Assembly: GCA_020137815.1 (NCBI GenBank)
Contig: CM035361.1
Span: 5,270,001 to 5,334,000 of the forward strand
Source of the DNA: Hormiphora californensis
Lineage: Eukaryota > Animalia > Ctenophora
Direction of reading: 5' to 3'
DNA: 64,000 nucleotides
A program made the translations under genes and the position numbers. The notes beneath the pieces were generated by a model, which saw only the letters and a program-made list of their open reading frames with translations, had not been told where the DNA came from and did no database searches. This document shows positions 13,701 through 26,460 of the stretch, piece by piece (position 1 is the first letter of the stretch; each line of letters begins with the position of its first letter).

Positions 13701-16700
13701 TTCCAGGGCCTCAGGTAGAATTGTGTGGTTGGTATAGGCAAAGGTCTCCCTACAAATCTTCCACGCCTGTTACGGGGGAGAAATAATAATTGGACTTTGA
13801 TAATTGGAGCCACAATTAGTTATCCGTTTTATTGTGTACCTACCGTATCCCACTCAATTCCTTCATCGTCCATGAGGATTCTAAGGAGCTCAGGGACAGC
13901 CAGAGAGGGGTGTGTGTCGTTCAGTTGAATGGCCACCTGGGGGTCGGGGATGTTAGAGAGATGTAGGGGAGGGTAGGGAGAGAGAGAGAGATGTTAGAGA
14001 GATGTAGGGAGAGAGAGGGAGGGAGAGAGAGAGAGAGAGATGTAGGGGGAGGTAGGGAGAGAGGGGGAGGGGGAGGTACGTTATTACATTAGTGCTGCAA
14101 GAAGCAGTAAAACAATTTTACTTTGAATATGATAAATTTTAGGCCTACTACCCATGATAACTTCATCTTCCCTTTTATTTCATTTTCAAGGAAACATTAT
14201 TTCATAACTCATTTTAGAGGAAAACGGGGGGAAAACACATCACGGAAAATGAGCTAAATTAAATTTCCCACTGCAAGTACTGGGACACAGATCACGCACA
14301 GATCACGCACACACACACTTTTCCGGTACATTCAAGAAAAAAGGAATACAACTAGAAGAAGGATAATTTTCAGAAATTCAACTCAAAAAACTTCAAAACT
14401 TCATAGTTGTACCTTATCAGGGAAATCGGCATACATTTCCAGTGCATTTGTAGGTGGAACAGTCTTGTTTGTCTTAAAACGCCGGATGATATCAACCAGT
14501 GTTGCTGCAACCATGAAGTACTCCTGCTTTAGACGGAGTTCCTTTCCTGAGGGAGATTAGGATGTTTTATGAAGGAGTAATGGCGTGTTTTATGAAGGAG
14601 TAATGGCGTGTTTTATGAAGGAGCAATGGTGTGTTTTATGAAGGAGTAATGGTGTGTTTTATGAAGGAGCAAACCTTCAAAGATGTTATCGTTGGGGTAC
14701 AAGACTCGGCTGATATTCTCGGCGTTGTTCCTATCCAAGACAGCATCAATGTAGTTTCCATGATTAACTAAATTATTAATTAATTAAAGGAATAAACATT
14801 TGATTTGCTTCACAATAACATATCGGGGATGCAATATATCAAACTCACAGTAGGAAAGATCGAAATCCTTGGGAGATTTGGCTGACCACAGTCTCAGAGT
14901 GTTAACAGTGTTGGTCTTGTACCCAGGTATCGGTGTATCGTATGGCATGGCTATGACGGTGGCATAATCAGTCCATTGGACCTTACCTGTAATAATGGGT
15001 TACAAAGGGTTACTTGTGCAGTTACACAAAGGGTTACATGTACAGTAGGTATATTTTAGTAATACTTAAAAAAATAGGTGGGGAATAGTCTACAGTTTGA
15101 ACCAGGGCACGTTAATTGGTAGAGTGCCAATCGGCGGAATTGCTGTCCGTCAGTCAAAGTTCAGATCAAAACGTTGGTTGTGAGAACTGAGCACCCAGAG
15201 ACATTACCAGGAACCGACCGAATTAAGTAAACAGCCAATCAGAACTCGTTATTTAGATCACGTGACTGGTTATCAGCCAATCAGGGACCAGTATTTCCTG
15301 ATTCGGTCGGTTCCTGCTACTTACCATTGACATGCTGAACCCGGCCATAGAAGTGGACTGGGATGGTATACTCAGGTCGTGCCTTCTCCCAGGGATTTCC
15401 AAATGTTAGCCAGCCATCCGGCTTTTCAACCTAAATAGTTTGAGGGTTTGAAACTGGGTCTGTATATAGTTGGGATATAGTTTGAGGGTTTGAAACTGGG
15501 TCTGTAAATAGTTATGGGTTCGAAACTGGGTCTTCCGATGTGATAAAACCCCAAACCCGTATCAGGAGGACAAGTGAAGAACGAACTAGATCGCTACAGA
15601 GAGTACGTTGTCCCATGTTTCATCTTAGTTTTCATAAGGAGGTGCCGCGTTTCCGCAGCACCCGCTACCACAAATTACACGCCCAGACTATGAACATTTG
15701 TCACAACTGCAAGCTTCATCGTACCGGTGTGCAATGGTACGACTCCACTCGGGGGTTGACCCTGAAAGATCGGCCAGATCCCCGGCGTCAGGTAAGTATG
15801 AGGATGAGAGGCAAGGAGGGTGATTTTAAATTTCAGAATAGAAACAAACCTTGTGTTTTAGTAGAGACACAGAACACTAATTAGTTTGCATGTTACCTGG
15901 TTGCAATTTGAGATGGCCTGGTTAAACAGACCGTACTCGTAACGGATGCCGTAGCCATATGCCGGATATCCTAGTGTAGCAAGGGAATCTGAAATGTAGA
16001 ACATATGTAAATATAGAATATAAAATGTAGAATATAGCGCTGGTTAGGGCCGATGTAACAGGAAGACAATAATAATAGGGAGAAAGGGAGAGATGTTTGG
16101 AGTAACGATATTGAGGAAGTGTGGGAGAGAGAGAGAGAAAGAGAGAGCGAGAAATAATATAAAGCCCCACGAAAGTGCTGGCAAGGGCCTCTGATCAGTG
16201 ATCGGCTACAACTTCTAACTAACCTAGGAAGCAGGCAGCAAGACGTCCAAGCTGCCCCTATTCTAACTAACCTAGGAAGCAGGCAGCAAGACGTCCAAGC
16301 TGCCCCCATTCTAACTAACCTAGGAAGCAGGCAGCAAGACGTCCAAGACCACCGTTTCCCAGCCCTGCGTCAGGTTCCTCGCTCTGCACATCCTCCATAT
16401 CTAATCCTAGTTGGTAGAGAGCCTCGTCACACGCACCCTGTAATATTAGTACACATCGTCACACGTTGTTTTGTTCAAGCGAAAGGAGGTCTAGACTCTA
16501 GCTAGGCAAGTCACACGCACCCCGAATCCCGAACAGATATAATTATTAGAGTTAGTCAACCTTTGACACACACAATATTCTAACTAACCACTTACTATTA
16601 AATTAGCCACTGATTATTTAATTAACCACTATTCCTAAATTTATAATTAACCAATAGTTATGTAATTAACCAGTAATTATGTAATCACTAATTACCTCAA

Positions 16701-17411
16701 GTGCAAGATTGACCATGGTATTGCTAAGTGCTCTTCCCATCATGAATTCAAGGGACAGATAGTAGACCCGCTTTACATCTTGCCTGTAGTAGCTCTGTTG
16801 GGTTCTAATCCATTTACCTACCAACCTGAGGAGATGGAATTAAATTAATATAATTAATAAATGATCAATAATTAATTAATGAATAACTAACAATTTTAAG
16901 TGTTCGTTTCGTGAAATGAGAAATATTATGGGGATATGGTGTTTTACAACTGCTAATATTGAATCTGCTAATGATAATTAATTCATATATGTATTCCCTA
17001 ACTACACTCACTTGTCCATAACAGTGTTAGCGAGAGCGAAGTAGAAATCTTTGTTTGTTGAAACGTTCCTGTCCTTTGCACACGTGTAATGGAGGTGCCT
17101 GGGATTAAATTATTTAATAATTTAATAATTAATTAAATAATTAACATTCATGAGATTAACAATTCTACAAGACACAAGTTGATACGATAGGTGGATTGGT
17201 AATTGGAATTTGGATGGTATTACTGTACTGGTAATCTAAACTTTAATTCAATAACTAATCTTTTTACATTGAAAAGTTTTTACATTAAAAAGTGTCATTA
17301 AATAATGTACCTGTTAAACGCAGTGATAACATCCTTGACAGAATCAATCTCTGGCAGACCCCTGAGTGAGATCTGCTTTCTCCTTAGGATGTCTTGTTCC
17401 TCGCTGCTCAT
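4787..17411 (-). CDS. PYG: Glycogen phosphorylase, 23 coding exons, ~843 aa
   Basis: Exons 17311-17411, 17012-17098, 16696-16825, 16320-16437, 15897-15988, 15325-15430, 14849-14986, 14675-14767, 14413-14546, 13844-13936, 13673-13766, 13308-13427, 12824-12920, 12534-12655, 12302-12375, 11690-11791, 10998-11123, 8397-8519, 7660-7758, 6500-6642, 5414-5533, 5066-5210, 4787-4862, all GT-AG. Motifs [49 protein letters not shown] (PLP lysine), GKFTSDRTI. One +1 G homopolymer frameshift near 5138. Confidence 0.97.
5520..6362. repeat. Intronic ~22-bp minisatellite (ggggtgagatatggtgaggtta) preceded by 3 copies of the exon-21 acceptor junction
   Basis: Direct reading; ggttagctaggaatctgggg occurs at ~5520, ~5594 and ~5626. 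Confidence 0.9.
7534..7642. mobile_element. 109-bp hAT-like MITE, copy 1 of 13 (others 10892-10984, 11286-11394, 13430-13526, 15208-15316, 31857-31965, 33213-33321, 36277-36385, 37222-37330, 44245-44353, 47554-47662, 63002-63109, 63218-63331)
   Basis: TIR caggaaccgaccga...tcggtcggttcctg; 8-bp TSDs ctctctcc, cagtaaac, gcatgtac, gtactcaa (perfect) and four with one mismatch; this copy has a 17-bp duplication. Confidence 0.92.
8319..8423. repeat. 35-bp x3 repeat spanning the donor junction of phosphorylase exon 18
   Basis: tatcttacccggtagttagataggaataccacttt repeated; contains exon end KVVFLSNYR plus GTAAG. Confidence 0.9.
8482..10235. repeat. 47-bp x ~37 tandem array, each unit = 3' splice site plus start of phosphorylase exon 18
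   Basis: Minus-strand unit CTCCCCTCAG|GCAGCGCCAGGATACCACACAGCTAAACAGACCATAT ([12 protein letters not shown]). Confidence 0.95.
11975..12315. repeat. (GT/CT)n microsatellite with duplicated donor junction of exon 15
   Basis: gtcacagtacct recurs at ~12171, ~12208, ~12241 and ~12292. Confidence 0.8.
16212..16348. repeat. 48-bp x3 repeat spanning the donor junction of phosphorylase exon 4
   Basis: ttctaactaacctaggaagcaggcagcaagacgtccaag; encodes LGRLAACFL plus GTTAG. Confidence 0.9.
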
Positions 17412-17497
17412 GTTAACCTAACACTGCAGGTACTAAATTAGTTGGAGATATAAAACATATAAAACGTTTATCTCACAAATGACTGCCAATTTCGCTA

Positions 17498-18141
17498 GGG
17501 TAGACTGGGGTAAAATGGTCCACTTTTTAACGTTTTAGGTTCTAAAATACGCAATTCATACAGCAGGAAGAAAAAAAATTATATAGGCTATCCAATGAAA
17601 CATTTTCCTTTCAGACGAGCTAAATTTTAAAATCTGAAAGTTTTATTTAGTAGGTTAATTAATCAATTCAAAAATTTTGGTAGGGCTTTTTTTGGAAATT
17701 TTGCACTGGGGTAAAATGGTCCAGCCAATAGCATTGCTCGATTTTATCACGTGCCTGGTGTTGTTAGAGCACTGGGGTAAAATGGTCCATGTTATCTTCA
17801 GTAATTTCTGTTCTGCTGGTATGGACCATTTTACCCCAGTGTGCTGGACCATTTTACCCCAGTGTGGTATCACGTGGTATTGGAGGCTCGATTTCATTGG
17901 TCCCAGGGTGAACCATTTTATCCCAGAGAGGGTGAACCATTTTACCCCAGTTTGACTAATTTGACAATTTAAAATCGGCCAACTCAAACAGAAATTACAG
18001 CAGTTTTAAAGCAAAATTTCGGAACAGAACGAGCAGGTCTCCGCTGGAGAAAAAGTCACGTGACTACATGTAATAATTAGGACCATTTTACCCCATACAT
18101 GTGCCATTTTACCCCGTGGACCATTTTACCCCAGTTTACCC
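17498..18141. mobile_element. TA-flanked Tc1/pogo-like non-autonomous DNA transposon directly upstream of phosphorylase
   Basis: TIR gggtagactggggtaaaatggtcca / tggaccattttaccccagtttaccc, TA on both sides, many internal ggaccattttacccc subterminal repeats. Confidence 0.85.
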
Positions 18142-18654
18142 TATGTAAAGTCCGTAAAAAGTCCAAAGGCCTGCGGGAGCTTCCATGTGACACAACTCAC
18201 AAGACAATGTCTTGAAGACATCATAAGAGTTACCTACCCGACCAAGACCCTCTCAAAGGCAAAACGTTACCTAACGGACCAAGATCCTCTCAAATGTTCC
18301 AGAAATTTAAACCATAAGTCTCTTTCTCTCCCAGGGGAGAGAAAGGGACTCAGCGCCATAGTTACCACATACCCGGGTTGGTATGGAGGTTTGCTGAGCG
18401 TATCCCATGGTTTAGTAACAAACAAACAAACAAACAGACATCATAAGAGGACTCAAATCTCATGTTCATCTCCGTCTCTTGGCCAGTGTGTGGCCAGGAT
18501 CTAAAGTCCGTTTCAAGCGACTTGACCCGTAATTCTTGGAATTTGGCGCATTGCGCGGGTATTTACAAAGGGGGAAATCCTGAATTTCTAGGAATCTCAG
18601 GTCAAGTCGTTTGAAATGCACTTTAGGGCGGGGCCTAACTTTATAACTTTGTAA

Positions 18655-18904
18655 GGGGAAACTCTAACTGAATGGCATCCCATTAATGGGATCCCATCAA
18701 CAGTAAAACTCTAACTGATAATGGACCACAGTGATGGTTCTTTCTCTGTATTCTCTCTGTAGGCAGTACATTGGGCATGCCCGGGCGCGGGCACGCACAC
18801 AGAGAGAATACAGAGAAAGAACCATCACTGTGGTCCATTATCAGTTAGAGTTTTACTGTTGATGGGATCCCATTAATGGGATGCCATTCAGTTAGAGTTT
18901 CCCC
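18655..18904. mobile_element. Foldback PIF/Harbinger-type MITE (250-bp near-perfect palindrome)
   Basis: ~106-bp inverted arms ggggaaactctaactg...; TAA on both flanks. Confidence 0.85.
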
Positions 18905-19145
18905 TAATTGACAAGGGTGCGGCGTGAAACGCCCACAGCGGAGTCTCCGGGCTGTTAGCTGAAATTTTTGGCCACGTGAGCGTGTTCTGACACTTCTAAT
19001 AATAAATAATAATAAAAATGACAGTTTATATCCCGCACTGACACAGTTTTCATTACAGACAACTCGTTTTCCTTCATTTGAAAGGGACTGCAGCAGACTG
19101 CCTGCTCCTAGCACGGTTCTCTGATAACGGTGAATTAGTCGGGAA

Positions 19146-20091
19146 CTATCCCACTTGGATAACATTGTTACGGATAAAATAGCAGCCGTCTGGATCTTCT
19201 AGTCGTATCCGTTTCAAAGTGGACCTGAGAGCTTTTTGCTCCTTCAGTTCAGAGGGCGTTAGATCCGGAGATAGATAAACAGCCGAAAACTGTTTGGAGT
19301 CTTTGAGGTTTCGTGCTTTTTTGAGAAGCGCCAGGAGAGTCGCTCTCCTCTCCAGGGATACTAAGAGCGGTCTAGGACGTTTCTCATTTCTTTCCCCGAT
19401 GCGTTTTATCGTTGTCACTTTCGGTTTCTCTTGCAGTTCCTCAAAAAGTTCGTCTAAAGTAGTTTTAGCTACTCTATCGGTTGTTTCTTGGAGACCAAAC
19501 ACAATCAGGTTCTTCTCTCTTCCGGGCTGTTGGACGGGAGTAGGGTGGTGCGACGTTAGTGGTTTTACCACTTTAGGGGAGGTTGCAGCACAATTCTGTG
19601 CAAGCACAGAAGAGTAGGCTTTCACCTTCTTCACCGAAGTTGACACTGCACTTAGTTGTTGCTTTTGGGCTTCAATAACCGTTTGCTGAAGCTCAATCAC
19701 GCTAAGACGGTGGCGATCAAGTTCTTCTTTGCATTCACGTAGTTGCTTCTCGAGTTTTTCTGCGCTGATAACATTTTCAAAATTGTTCATTGTTGCTCTG
19801 GCAAGTTTCATACTGGAGAGAAAAATACGCGAAGTAGCCTCAATAATTTCATTCGCAGTTAAGTCCTTGAGACAGTGACTGAAGTACGAACCCCAGTGAT
19901 TGCAAGGGGAAGCTACACTGTCGTTGGTTAACATTGAGTCGGGTGCAGCTTGGATACGTGGTGATACTCGTCGTGTTGGGATCATCAGCAGAGTTCAACC
20001 AGTAAACTTCAGAAACAAAGTCGTTTACTGTCTCTTCCAATCGTTTTATCGCAGGGTTATCGCCCTCGTACTTCGTTTCTGACATTATCAA
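19146..20091 (-). mobile_element. LINE ORF1-like protein (coiled coil plus RRM-type region), no adjacent ORF2
   Basis: REKNLIVFGLQE...RIGERNEKRPRPLLVSL...VYLSPDLT motif typical of CR1/L2/Jockey-group ORF1p; overlapping upstream ORF 19849-20091 probably joined by a frameshift. Confidence 0.75.
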
Positions 20092-20330
20092 CGTTTCGTT
20101 TTTCTGCCCTTTGGGGCTGTTACATCGGATTCATCTTCCTGCTCAAATTAATTTGTTTAAAGTAGTGTTGAAAAGTTTGAACTTCTGAGCGTATTCGAAC
20201 CTGAAAGGGGCTAAGAAGTTGGCAAACGCTGCAGCTGGCCCCGGGATAAGGCAGCGCTTTTCAAGCTAAGAAGGAACAATTGGCAAACGTTGCTGGCCCC
20301 CGATAGGCAGCGCTTTTCAAAAGGAACAAC

Positions 20331-20476
20331 ACTAACCCCAACACCGATTGGCATCACTTTCCAACAGCCGAAGAGAAGCTGCCGAAGAGAGAAAGGGGGT
20401 AACCGTATGAAGAGTTAATCGCGATGAGTCTCATTCACATTGGGTTCGATCATTTGCCCCCGGTGTTGGGGTTAGT
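20331..20476. mobile_element. Small element with 16-bp terminal inverted repeats
   Basis: actaaccccaacaccg ... cggtgttggggttagt. Confidence 0.5.
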
Positions 20477-20936
20477 AATAAATAAATCTTAAAATCACTC
20501 ACTCAAATAAACAATAAATATTATAAATAAAAAGTCAGTCAGTAAAATCACACATTGCAATGGGTGGTGGAGTGGTGAACTTTTTTCTCGTGCCCCTGAG
20601 TGAGACCAGAGTACTTCTGAGGAGACAGAATCGTATCCGCGTTCTCAGGAAATTAATCACTTCAGCATATTTATCCTTGTGTTTGGTAGAGATGCGTGAA
20701 GCGAGCTTTTTGATTAGTCGTTCTGCCTCTAGTCCGGAACCTCCGGAAGTAGCCATAACAAACGGGGTGAAAGCCCCTCTCTCCGATTCTCTGATTCTTT
20801 GTTGGTAATCACGTTTCTTCCGACTTTCATTCATTTTGTACAGAGATTTTGGGTCTTTTCCTCTGTAACTGGGTGCAGTAGGATGAAACACTGCAACGTC
20901 CACGTGGGCCCCCTGTAGTCCTCTCCAAAACCTCAA
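20477..20936 (-). mobile_element. 5'-truncated CRE-clade (RLE endonuclease) non-LTR retrotransposon, C-terminal fragment
   Basis: FWRG..AHVDVAVFHPTAPSY...ESRKKRDY...FTPFVMATSGG...LRTRIRFCLLRS..LRG matches the RLE C-terminus of metazoan CRE-like elements; AT-rich 3' tail. Confidence 0.75.
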
Positions 20937-21062
20937 AAACAGATTTTGGAGAAAAACAAAGTTCCATGCGAAAAAGTTTTGGCAGCGGTTTCATCATTTG
21001 TTCGCGCGTTACATAAACTGCGACACATATTTCAAATTATTCGATCCCGCGGCGTCGGAAAA

Positions 21063-21665
21063 GGAAAACGTTAAAATCTGGGTGCCTTTCATTGCTAACA
21101 ATTCGTAGTTTTGGCGCGCGCGACGGGTTAGGGCTATCCGTTAGGGTCTGGTTAGGGTTTGGTTTGGGGTTATCGGTTAGGGTTATCGATTCTCTAACTG
21201 ATACCGTTTAGTTTACTCAAATCGGCCATGTGGTTCCATGGCTATAGCCGGTTGAAAAAAGTCGGTCTAAGTATACTCTTTTGGTAGCGCGCACCTGTAA
21301 ACAGGCTGCAAGGCACCCAGATTATAATCGCGCCCGTCGGAAAACGCCCAAATTTTCATTTTTTTTAACCAACAAACAAAGGGAAAACGTTAAAATCTGG
21401 GTGCCTTCCATTGCTAACAATTCATCAATTTTGGCGGTCGAGACGGGTTAGGGCTGTTGTTAGGGTCGGGTTATGGTTTTGTTTGGGGTTATCGGTTAGG
21501 GCTATCGATTCTCTATCAGATACCGTTTAGTTTACTCAAATCAGCCATGTGGTTGCACGGCTATAGCCGTTTGAAAAAAGTCGGTCTAAGTGGTTTTAGG
21601 TGTACTTTTTTAGCAGCGCGCACCTGTAAACACGCTGCAAGGCACCCAGATTATAATCGCGCCCC
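21063..21665. mobile_element. Two tandem ~280-bp Helentron/DINE-like elements; third copy 22309-24200 carries nested insertions
   Basis: Subterminal inverted repeats aatctgggtgcctt / aaggcacccagatt, internal gggttaggg motifs. Confidence 0.6.
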
Positions 21666-22719
21666 AAACAAAGCCCTTTTCTGAGAGAATTGTTTCCTCA
21701 ACACTGTGGAGTTTGGACACCGCCTAGCGTCCCGACTTGCTTCACCCACGCGTTTCCTACCGGATCTTGCACTTTGCAGTTCCTGAGTCTACGTGTGGAG
21801 GGGGGGGGGGGGGGGGGGGGGGTGTCCGGACTCCCGCGACACCCCACGGGCCGTGATTGCCGACCTGGTCCCGGACGCAGAGGGAGGCTCTGGGCCGGAT
21901 GCCCAGCTTCCTTCCTGAAAACAAGAGGAACCGCGTGACCTGTTTTGTAGAACAGATTCAACTGTCACTCATGACTCGTGGGCAGCACGTCACTGGTATG
22001 TTGACTATTGAGCTGTGATTGACCGAAACAGGTTACAGGGCAAATCTGAAGTCTAAAAATTTCTGAGGAGTGAGGTTCCTCAAATATCTCTGACATTTCT
22101 TCACCAATTATTAAGATATTGGATTTGTTAATAGCTGAAATCATGTGGTGCTCTTTTCAAAAAACGGATATTTGGATATCGAAACAGACTTCAGGATATC
22201 AAAACAGCAAACATATTCAATCTTGAAATTAACATAGCGCGCAAAGAAGTACCCTAAAACTAAGATAGAATCTAAAATATCTTTAAATATTATAAATCTT
22301 GTTACGGTCGGAAAACGTTAAAATCTGGGTGCCTTTCATTGCTAACAATCCGTAGTTTTGGCACGCGCGACGGGTTAGGGCTATCCGTTAGGGTCTGGTA
22401 AGGGTTTGGTTTGGGGTTATCGGTTAGGGCTATCGATTCTCTAACTGATACCGTTTACGCTCCAGTTGCAGATTGGAGGCTGGCTCCAGTTTCTGGCGCC
22501 AGCCTCCAGTCTGCAACTGGCGCAAGCTGGGAGAGTCCCTGTGCGCGCCAAATCTTCGTTGACTAGCAGGGTTTTCGATGATAATTGCATTTAAAGTAGC
22601 GCGCGCGGCAGTGTCAGCAGTGTCAGCAGGGGCCTGCTTCATTGTAACTAACGTCAGTCGCAAAATCTCTAACTGGACCGTTAGTTTACTCAAATCGGCC
22701 ATGTGGTTCCATGGCTATA

Positions 22720-24109
22720 TGGTAGGAGGGGGTAATTCGGGTCACCTTTTTGATTAAAGTGGTATTCCCTTCGTTGTGGCAGAATGTCTGCACATAAAAT
22801 CTATTCAATTTATCCAATGTGACACTTGTTAAGATATTTGGACTGTTGAAGTTTTCAAATCCAACCTTTTTCACACATAAAAAAGCCCACGAAATCGTTA
22901 GTTTGCGTATTGTTGGTAATTCGGGTCAGTGGCTAAATCGGGCCACGCGCATATTCAGCCAATCACAGCCCTCGCAAACAAACACGTGACCAAATGACCC
23001 GAATTACCAACACAGCGTGTTGCCGCTGAAATCATGTGGTTAATTCGGGTCACATGTTTGTAATTCAGGCCAGCTGTTGGTTGGCTGATGGTTGGCTGTT
23101 GGTTGGCCCCCTAGAGGCCCCTAAAGGCCCCTTGAGACCCCTAAAGGCCCCTAGAAGCCCCTAGAGGACCCTAGAGGCCCCTAGAGGCCCCTAGAGGCCC
23201 CTAGAGGCCCCTTAGAGGCCCCTAAAGGCCCCCTAGAGGCCCCAAGAGGCCCCTAGAAGCCCCTAGAGGACCCTAGAGGCCCCTAGAGGCCCCTTAGAGG
23301 CCCCTAAAGGCCCCTAGAGGCCCCTAGAAGCCCCTAGAGGACCCTAGAGGCCCCCTAGAGGACCCTAGAGGCCCCCTAGAGGCCCCAAGAGGCCCTAGAG
23401 GCCCCTAGAGGCCCCTTAGAGGCCCCTAGAGGCCCCTTAGAGGCCCCAAGAGGCCCCTAGAGGACCCTAGAGGCCCCTAGAGGCCCCTTAGAGGCCCCTA
23501 AAGGCCCCCTAGAGGCCCCAAGAGGCCCCTAAAGGCCCCTAGAGGCCCCTTAGAGGCCCCCTAGAGGCCCCTAAAAGCCACTAGAGGCCCCCAAGAGGCC
23601 CCTAGAGGCCCCTAAAAGCCCCTAAAAGCCCCCTAGAGGCCCCTTAGAGGCCCCTAAAGGCCCCCTAGAGGCCCCAAGAGGCCCCTAAAGGCCCCCAGAG
23701 GCCCCAAATCGAGAAAAATATAAAATATGGGGCCAGAAATCACTCAAACTTGCTGATTTATCGCAAAAATAAGGTGACCCGAATTAGCCGCTTTGCCTGT
23801 GACCCGAATTACAAACATGACCCGAATTAGACACACTGTTTTATGACGTCATTTTGGTAAATCAATAATGACGTAATTCCTTCAAAAACTTAGCCAATAA
23901 GTGCTGAATTATCCCATTGGATAAAATCATATGTTTTCTTCTCGAAAAAATTCCGCAAATTCACGGGAACACCAATTGAATCCAAAATCGGGAAATGAAC
24001 GATATTCCGTATTTCAAATTTTCCCGCCAAATCTTGTTACATTAGAATGGCCCGAATTACAAACAAGTGACCCGAATTACCAACTGACCCGAATTACCCC
24101 CTCCTACCC
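22720..24109. mobile_element. TA-flanked DNA transposon derivative with internal 10-bp satellite (23106-23706), nested in the third DINE-like copy
   Basis: TIR ggtaggagggggtaattcgggtca / tgacccgaattaccccctcctacc; host ggctatagccg is split at TA; (cctagaggcc)n core. Confidence 0.85.
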
Positions 24110-25161
24110 TAGCCGTTTGAAAAAAGTCGGTCTAAGTATACTCTTTTGGTAGCGCGCACCTGTAAACAGGCTGCAAGGCACCCAGATTATAATCGTGCCC
24201 GTTACGGTCTGGAATGTCTCAAAATCTAACTATTGTTGATATATTATAACGTACAAAAAAAGTAAAAGCAGAACAGTTCTGAAGCCATTGTCGGTATCGC
24301 ACTGCTGCTTAAGGATTTTTCTTCAGATCGCTGTGTTTCCAAAGGAATCGTCGTAACAGTGAGATCAGTGGCCTTGCTGGACCCTGGGTCAGTGACATTG
24401 ATACCAAAGTGTTGACTCTGATTACAATTGTTTTCTGAGGTTCCTGTCAAAAAGGGAAATGTTACGCACCAGTTACAGATTGATACCCTGATATCAGGGG
24501 ACGTTCCCTGATGGCCGGGCATGCGGGAGGGTCTGTGGGAACCATGCTGCATTGCTGCACGTCAAGTAATTTGAATAGAAAGTAAAGCTGAACATGCATG
24601 TCAGCACTCACTTTATTCCCAGCCATGCATCCATTGATGCCTGGGAACGAATCTGTAACTGGTCCCTGAGTCGTGAGATGATATAGGTCTCTAATTGCAT
24701 TTAAAATATAAAAAATCATTAAAATTGATGAGAAATTGGCAACAGTTTCGCCAATTCCTCGTCGCCTGATTAACGCATCCATACCTGTGCCACAAGAGCG
24801 ATGTGAGATGTTGACATCACCGTACCATATTACACCATCAATCATATTGCCTACAGGTGGTGAATCCCAGTCTTGCTCAAAAAAAAAGTCAGATACTTCG
24901 CTTGCATTCATTTCTCTGCTAGAAAAGTACGGCTTCTGGATACGACCCGTAAACGGCAGATGTATAAATGTGTCAAATGTCGTTGCATTCCCCGGTTTGT
25001 CTTGTTCCTAGGAAGGTTTAGATTTTGAATTCTTATCGACATTCAACAATCATTCATCGAAAGGGTAGTTAGTTTTGTGCTAATTTGTTTTGGCCAGAAA
25101 ACATCTACAAGTGCAAGTGCTTTCTGGCACAGTGCACACGGGGCGGGGGAATGCCGGTACA

Positions 25162-25760
25162 TACCTTATTACCTCTATATAACGGAACCTCTTATTAGCG
25201 TACCTTTAATTAACGTACCTTTAATTAACGAAAATCAGTTTGGGTGAGCAAATTTTGACAAAAAGCACAAATATTGGGTTAAAATGGTGTTAAAATGGTA
25301 ATTAAGTTTTAAGGATCAACCAAAACATCAACCAGCTGATCATTTCTCGCAGATTCAACTGCAGAAGTCATACCCGATGCTCTCCAACCACTCTTGATAA
25401 TTTTGATTCCTTTACTAGTGCAGAAAAATTCGAAGGCTTTGTTCATGGTCTTAGCGTGCGGTTTTACTACTGACAGTTTAGTATCTACAACCACATCCTC
25501 AACACTACACTGCACCCTGGGTTCGACATTTGTTTTTTGATACAATTGGAATAATACTCCGAAAATTGTCTCATTTCCAAAGTTTTCATGGATTTATTGA
25601 CGGTCAAGTCCAACGGTTGAAATTTTTACCCTAAAAACAGCATTTTTTTAATTAAAGGAACATTAATTTAGCGGAACCCTAAATTAACGATACTTAAAAT
25701 TAACGAAATTTTTACCGATTTCGTTAATTAGAGGTTCCGTTAATTAGAGGTAATAAGGTA
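25162..25760 (-). mobile_element. Internally deleted pogo/Tigger-like transposon
   Basis: TIR taccttattacctcta...acggaacctct; remnant FQPLDLTVNKSMK...VDTKLSVVKPH of the DDE_1 C-terminus. Confidence 0.85.
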
Positions 25761-26145
25761 ATTACTTTGTTTTTACCTGACCGAAAACCAGATATCCCGA
25801 TTTGAGGATAGGATACACCTTTAAACCTTCATTTATCACTGAAAGGTATCCCTTTTCGTAAATGTTTATGCCATTTTTAGTACTGAATGTAACAGTCAAG
25901 AGGTGCCACTCGCCCAGTCCAAGTGTATATCTCGTGCCTGGAAACCAATTGTTAGAATTTAAACTTGAACAAATTAAACGACTAACTTTCTTTGTGGTTT
26001 GGACCCTATAGTCCCTGGAAAATGACTAAGGCGGTTCGAGGTGCCCGCCGCACAATGTTTCCTGCTATTTTTGAAAATTTAGTCCGCCCAATGTGTTCCA
26101 TTTCCAACATATAAAACCAATCCAGCCACACACCGTGTATAGTTA

Positions 26146-26405
26146 AGTCGGATTTTTTGAAGTTGTCGCCCCCCTTTTCACGCGTGGCGTCATTATTGCA
26201 TGTGACAGCCCCCACTTCCGCTCATTTTTCGTTAAAAAACTGCATATCATCGGAAAGAGCATAATTTTGTGAGTCTGTAAAGTTTTTGTTTGGCGAAATT
26301 GGTCAAGAAACAAAGGCGTGAGAGCCAAAACAAGTTTCTGGCACGCATATAAAACATCACACGCCACCCAGAGGGGGGGGGGTGACAACTTCAAAAAATC
26401 CGACT
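26146..26405. mobile_element. PIF/Harbinger-like MITE
   Basis: TIR agtcggattttttgaagttgtc; TTA duplicated on both flanks. Confidence 0.8.
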
Positions 26406-26460
26406 TTATCTCCCGTTTCCTGTTTGCTAGACCCCTGAAACTACCGGTAACACGCCTTAG

